DNA of 64,000 nucleotides from the human T2T-CHM13v2.0 reference genome, Homo sapiens: assembly GCF_009914755.1 (NCBI RefSeq), contig NC_060932.1; one strand, 5' to 3'. Of this stretch, positions 59,922 through 64,000 are shown one piece after another. A program made the translations under genes and the position numbers. Under the pieces are notes generated by a model that was not told where the DNA came from, ran no database searches, and saw only the letters and a program-made list of their open reading frames with translations. Positions within the stretch are counted from its first letter, which is position 1; each line of letters starts with the position of its first letter.

Positions 59922-61000
59922 TGCTGTGGGAAATCTGGGACCCCGAATGGAGGGATCAGCTGAAGCCACGGCAGAAGAACATAAATTGTGAAGATTTCAT
60001 GGACACCTGTTAGTTACTCAAATTAATACTTTTATAGTTTCTTATGCCTGTCTTTACTGCAATCTCTGAACATAAATTGTGAAGATTTCATGGATATTTA
60101 TCACTTCCCCAATCAATACCCTCATAATTTCCTATGCTTGTCTTTATTTTAATCTCTTAATCCCGTCATCTTCGTAAGCTGAGGATGTATGTCGCTTCAG
60201 GACCCTGGGATGATTGCGTCATCTGCACAAATTGTAAAGCATGTGTGTTTGAACAATATGAAATCCGGGCACCTTGAAAAGAACAGGATAACAGAGATTT
60301 TCAGGGAACAAGAGAGATAACCATAAAGTCTGACTGCCTGCGGGGCCAGGCAGAACAGAGTCATATCTCTCTTCTTTCAGAAAGCGAATAGGAGAAATAT
60401 CACTGAATTCTTTTCTCAGCAAGGAATAACCCTGGGAAACTAATGCATTCCCAGGGGGAGGTCTCTAAAATGGCTGCTCTGGGAGTGTCTGTCTTATGCA
60501 GTTGTAGATAAGGGATGAAATATGCCCTGGTCTCCTGCAGCACCCCCAGGCTCGTTAGGATTGGGAAACTCCAGACTGGCGAAATTCTAGTCAGACCGGT
60601 TTTCTGCTCTCAAACCCCGTTTCCTGTTAAGATGTTTATCAATGACAATGTGTGCCCAGTGGGACATGGACCTTCATCAGTAATTCTAGTTTCGCCCTGG
60701 CCTTGTGATCTCACTCTGCCTCTCTGCCCTTATGATATTTCATTGCCTTTGAAGCACGTGATCTCTGTGATCCACTCCCTATTTGTACACCCTCCCCTTT
60801 TGAAATCTATAATAACAATGTGCTGGTTTTGCGGCTCAGGGGGGATCATGGAACCTGCCGACATGTGATGTCACCCCCGGAGACCCAGCTGTAAAATTTC
60901 TTTCTTTTGTACTCTTTCTCTTTATTTCTCAGACTGGCCAACACTTAGGGAAAATAGAAAAGAACCTATGTTGAAATATTGGGGGCTGGTTCCCCCAATA
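59922..61000 (+). mobile_element. MER11 (HERV-K11/HML-8) solo LTR, 1079 bp
   Basis: tgctgtgggaaatctgggaccccgaatggaggga...gggggctggttcccccaata. Perfect 6-bp TSD AACAAG (59916-59921, 61001-61006). Internal repeat gaacataaattgtgaagatttcatgga occurs twice. Confidence 0.93.
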
Positions 61001-62539
61001 AACAAGATCGTATTGACAAAAGATATAATTGTAAAAAAGTACAGCTACAAAAACAGTATATTAATATCATCTCAAGGTGAGAAATATTTTCTAAATTTTA
61101 TTTAAAATTTAAAACAGAGAGAAAAATTATAATCAAAAAGAAACACGAAGCTCCAAAAAGCAACTGATAAAAATAGTGAACCTCACTAGACTGAAAAAAA
61201 TCTCCTAAAATGTATATACAAAGCTGTTTATAACAGAGAAAGCTGGAAATACCTGAAAAACAAACAATATGCAATTAAACTAGAGTACATCTTCACAATG
61301 AAACACCCTATAACAATTAAAAATAACAAATACTAAGGTAACTTTATTGCATTAAATAAAAATATTAATTATTAATAATTCATTTTGAAAGTAAAGAACA
61401 AAGAAATAAGTGTCTTGGTAAACCATAAATAAAAAAAAAGTAATATAATTAAGATCCCAAGCAAATAGGCAAAGAATATTTGAAGCGAAGAGAATTAGCT
61501 GTAGCTGAATGCATAGCTATCTGAGAATATTCTTGTCTGATACACCAGTTAATCAGTGAGTAAGAAATTGGCAGCTATGGTAGGTGTGAATTGAATTTAT
61601 CTGACAGATTTTTGAAAAAAGGGTAACCACCTATGGGAATAACTGGAAATTCCTCTGACAGATTTGTACCTAGAAATCACATTTATAAGGCATGATTTGG
61701 TCTGGAGAGACTTGAGGAAATGGCTGAGTTTTTCAGACAATCAAAGTGAGTACTCACAAAAAGAGGAGAAAATGGGAAATGATCACCTTGAATCAGTGTG
61801 CAGGAAACCGGGGTTGCTGAAGGAGTCTTGCAAAGAAAGCACTTGTGGTTATGCAGGAGTGTCAAAGGTATATCAGTGCCTACTGCATGGAGCAGGATCT
61901 CAGTTGAATTAATAGGGAATCCAAAGCCAACAGTCACCTAAACTGTTTAATTGAATCAGTGCTGTCTTTAAAATCCTTCTACGCATTTCCCTGCAATGCT
62001 CACATATGACCAAACCTGCCAAGTGCCTTGTCCCACCCTGTCCATTCACATAATAAATGCCCTTGCTGTATTTCCACCTCCAGAAAAAATAACAGCCATA
62101 AACTCAGGCCCTCCTCCTAAAAATCAAAATCCATCTGTATGTACAACCATTCTTGCCAAATTTAATATATTTAAGGTTAAATCCCTAGATATTTGGGACT
62201 TCCATCAACAATATTTCATGTGTCAGTCAGTGGGAATCCAAAATAATTTCCTGAGGAAAATTTTTACTCTGCATGTCAGGGTAAAGAGAGAGAAACATTA
62301 CATTCAGACACAATCTTTTGAATCCATAAAAAGATAACAGCCTTAACTCAAGTGCAATGAGCAGCTGAAGCATACAGATCTCACCAAAACATGCTGATGG
62401 ATATTCCTACCTGTGTTCCAAATTTTTGTCATAGAATATAACCTTATATTCTCTATCACACAATTACTATCTAAAGTTGTCGTAAGTAATTCACATTAAG
62501 GATTCTCTAAGTGGCATGTGGTCCATATGTGTCCCTGTA

Positions 62540-62810
62540 GCAGAAATCACAAATGTCATATCTGCAGGGGCCAGGTAGGTAATGTAATTGAGGAAAGACT
62601 GGGGCAACCTGGAGACCACAGCCAGGTTGGCCCTGTGGCACTAGGTCTTCTCACAGTTCAAGAGAAGCCAAAAATAAAAATGGATTTTTAACTATGAAAA
62701 CTAATGTTTCATGTTTTCCAGTAATTCAAATAATTACTTTTTTTAAAAAAAATTACATATTACAAACAATGTCTACTGACCAGATGTGGACCTATGGGCA
62801 ACTGCTTATG
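62540..62810. mobile_element. Probable ancient hAT-type MER element
   Basis: tgcaggggccaggtaggtaatgtaa...ccagatgtggacctatgggcaac resembles hAT-Charlie MER ends. Family uncertain. Confidence 0.4.
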
Positions 62811-63519
62811 ATCTTTCTAGGTCTAGATTTTATTTTTTATTTTTGTAAAAACCAGATAGCTTGTCAACCTGGATCCCATCATCTTCCCCCAAAACAATTG
62901 CTTTGGGTGTTATGCCACTGGCTTATATTAAAGGACTTTTTACAAATCCGAGCTCACATGTGTTAAATTTGTTCTGTGGATCTTGTTAAGAGTCTTGTTC
63001 TCTGTAGTCACATGCTGCCCTCTTTATGAAAACCCATAGAAGAAGCGTCTTTCAGATGTCAGTACCAAAGATAGTCATAACCCTCCGTAGCATTTCTATC
63101 TCATAAATACAGTGAATCGAGTGTTTCCTTTTTGCATCAACCCATAAAAATCTCAGAGTAGCCTACCTCTAGAAAAATGTAAATGCATGTGTGTGTGTGT
63201 GCACGCGTGTGCACCCATGCATCCTACAGACTTGTTTTTTTAAGCCTTACATTTTTGTTCTCCACTGCCAACTCCACTCTGAAAATTCCTTGTTTTATGG
63301 TATGCCAGTATCTTTGAAATCTGCTTCAAATTGGTTTATTTTGACAACTATTATTTATCAATAAAAGATAAAATAGCTAAATCTTAAGAAACTGTTTATT
63401 TTGAAAATTAGAAGCATATGAATAAGCAAATTAAAAAACTAAATAAATTAATATTGTTCATCATCAGCCCTGAACCATCTCCCTAACGCCACACAGATAA
63501 CTTTAGTTGTTTACCAGAC

Positions 63520-63880
63520 TTCAGTACCCAAACATGCCATAGATGCTTGAAATTCAACATTAAGAAATTCAACATAAAGAAATAAAACCACTATCATTCC
63601 GTTTCTCTTTATTAATTACACATCATGGTAAATGGCACATCCAGCTGGCAAGCCCAGTGCTGTCTTCAACTATTCCCACCCCTTCCTCTCCAATAGCCCA
63701 TCTGCCACCAAGTCCTGTGGATTATGGCATCGAAATGTCTTAAATCTTATCCCAACTTTTCTACTTCACACCTTTGTCATTTCTCACCTTAAACTACTAG
63801 ATTGACTCATATTTCTCACTTGGACAGTACTAACTCAACTTTTATTTGAGTTCTCTGTCCCAACTATCTCCCTCAAGCTT
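63520..63880 (+). mobile_element. L2 fragment
   Basis: ccatctgccaccaagtcctgtggatt..., catttctcaccttaaactac are L2-like. Confidence 0.55.
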
Positions 63881-63894
63881 CAGATGCCTGAACA

Positions 63895-64000
63895 GTTTTT
63901 GTTTGTTTTTGTTTATTTGTTTTGAGAAAGGGTATTGTTCTGTCACCCAGGCTAGAGAGCAGTGGTGCAATCACAGCCCATTGTAACTTCCTGGGCTCCA
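63895..64000 (-). mobile_element. Alu (J-like), cut by the window edge
   Basis: T-rich tail, then gagaaagggtattgttctgtcacccaggctagagagcagtggtgcaatc. Confidence 0.85.

Noticed and set aside
59977-60094. 27-bp direct repeat with a spacer, superficially CRISPR-like
   Set aside because: Only two copies, internal to the MER11 LTR, in a eukaryotic locus.

Overview
This is primate genomic DNA (human or a very close great ape), not microbial, so almost all ORFs in the supplied track are noise or repeat-derived. The window holds the 3' end of XKR4, an XK-related phospholipid scramblase, on the + strand. About 38.5 kb of repeat-rich last intron is followed by the terminal coding exon (acceptor AG 38557-38558, coding 38559-39505, ending ...LEYETTL*). 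After that comes a repeat-poor, AU-rich stretch of about 18 kb that reads as a very long 3' UTR ending near AATAAA 57393-57398, then intergenic repeats. Recognisable repeats include old and young L1s, Alus, MIR/L2, solo LTRs (MLT2, MER52, MER11), Tigger/hAT DNA transposons and a Ricksha-type MULE carrying a captured ERVL end. I found no evidence for a wholly new biological system. The best leads are a short non-repetitive CpG-rich, promoter/CTCF-like element 2.1 kb upstream of the last exon, the long UTR with an inverted AluY pair, and the caspase-releasable PDZ-ligand tail. Repeat subfamily names come from recognising consensus sequences by eye, and boundaries without a stated TSD are approximate.
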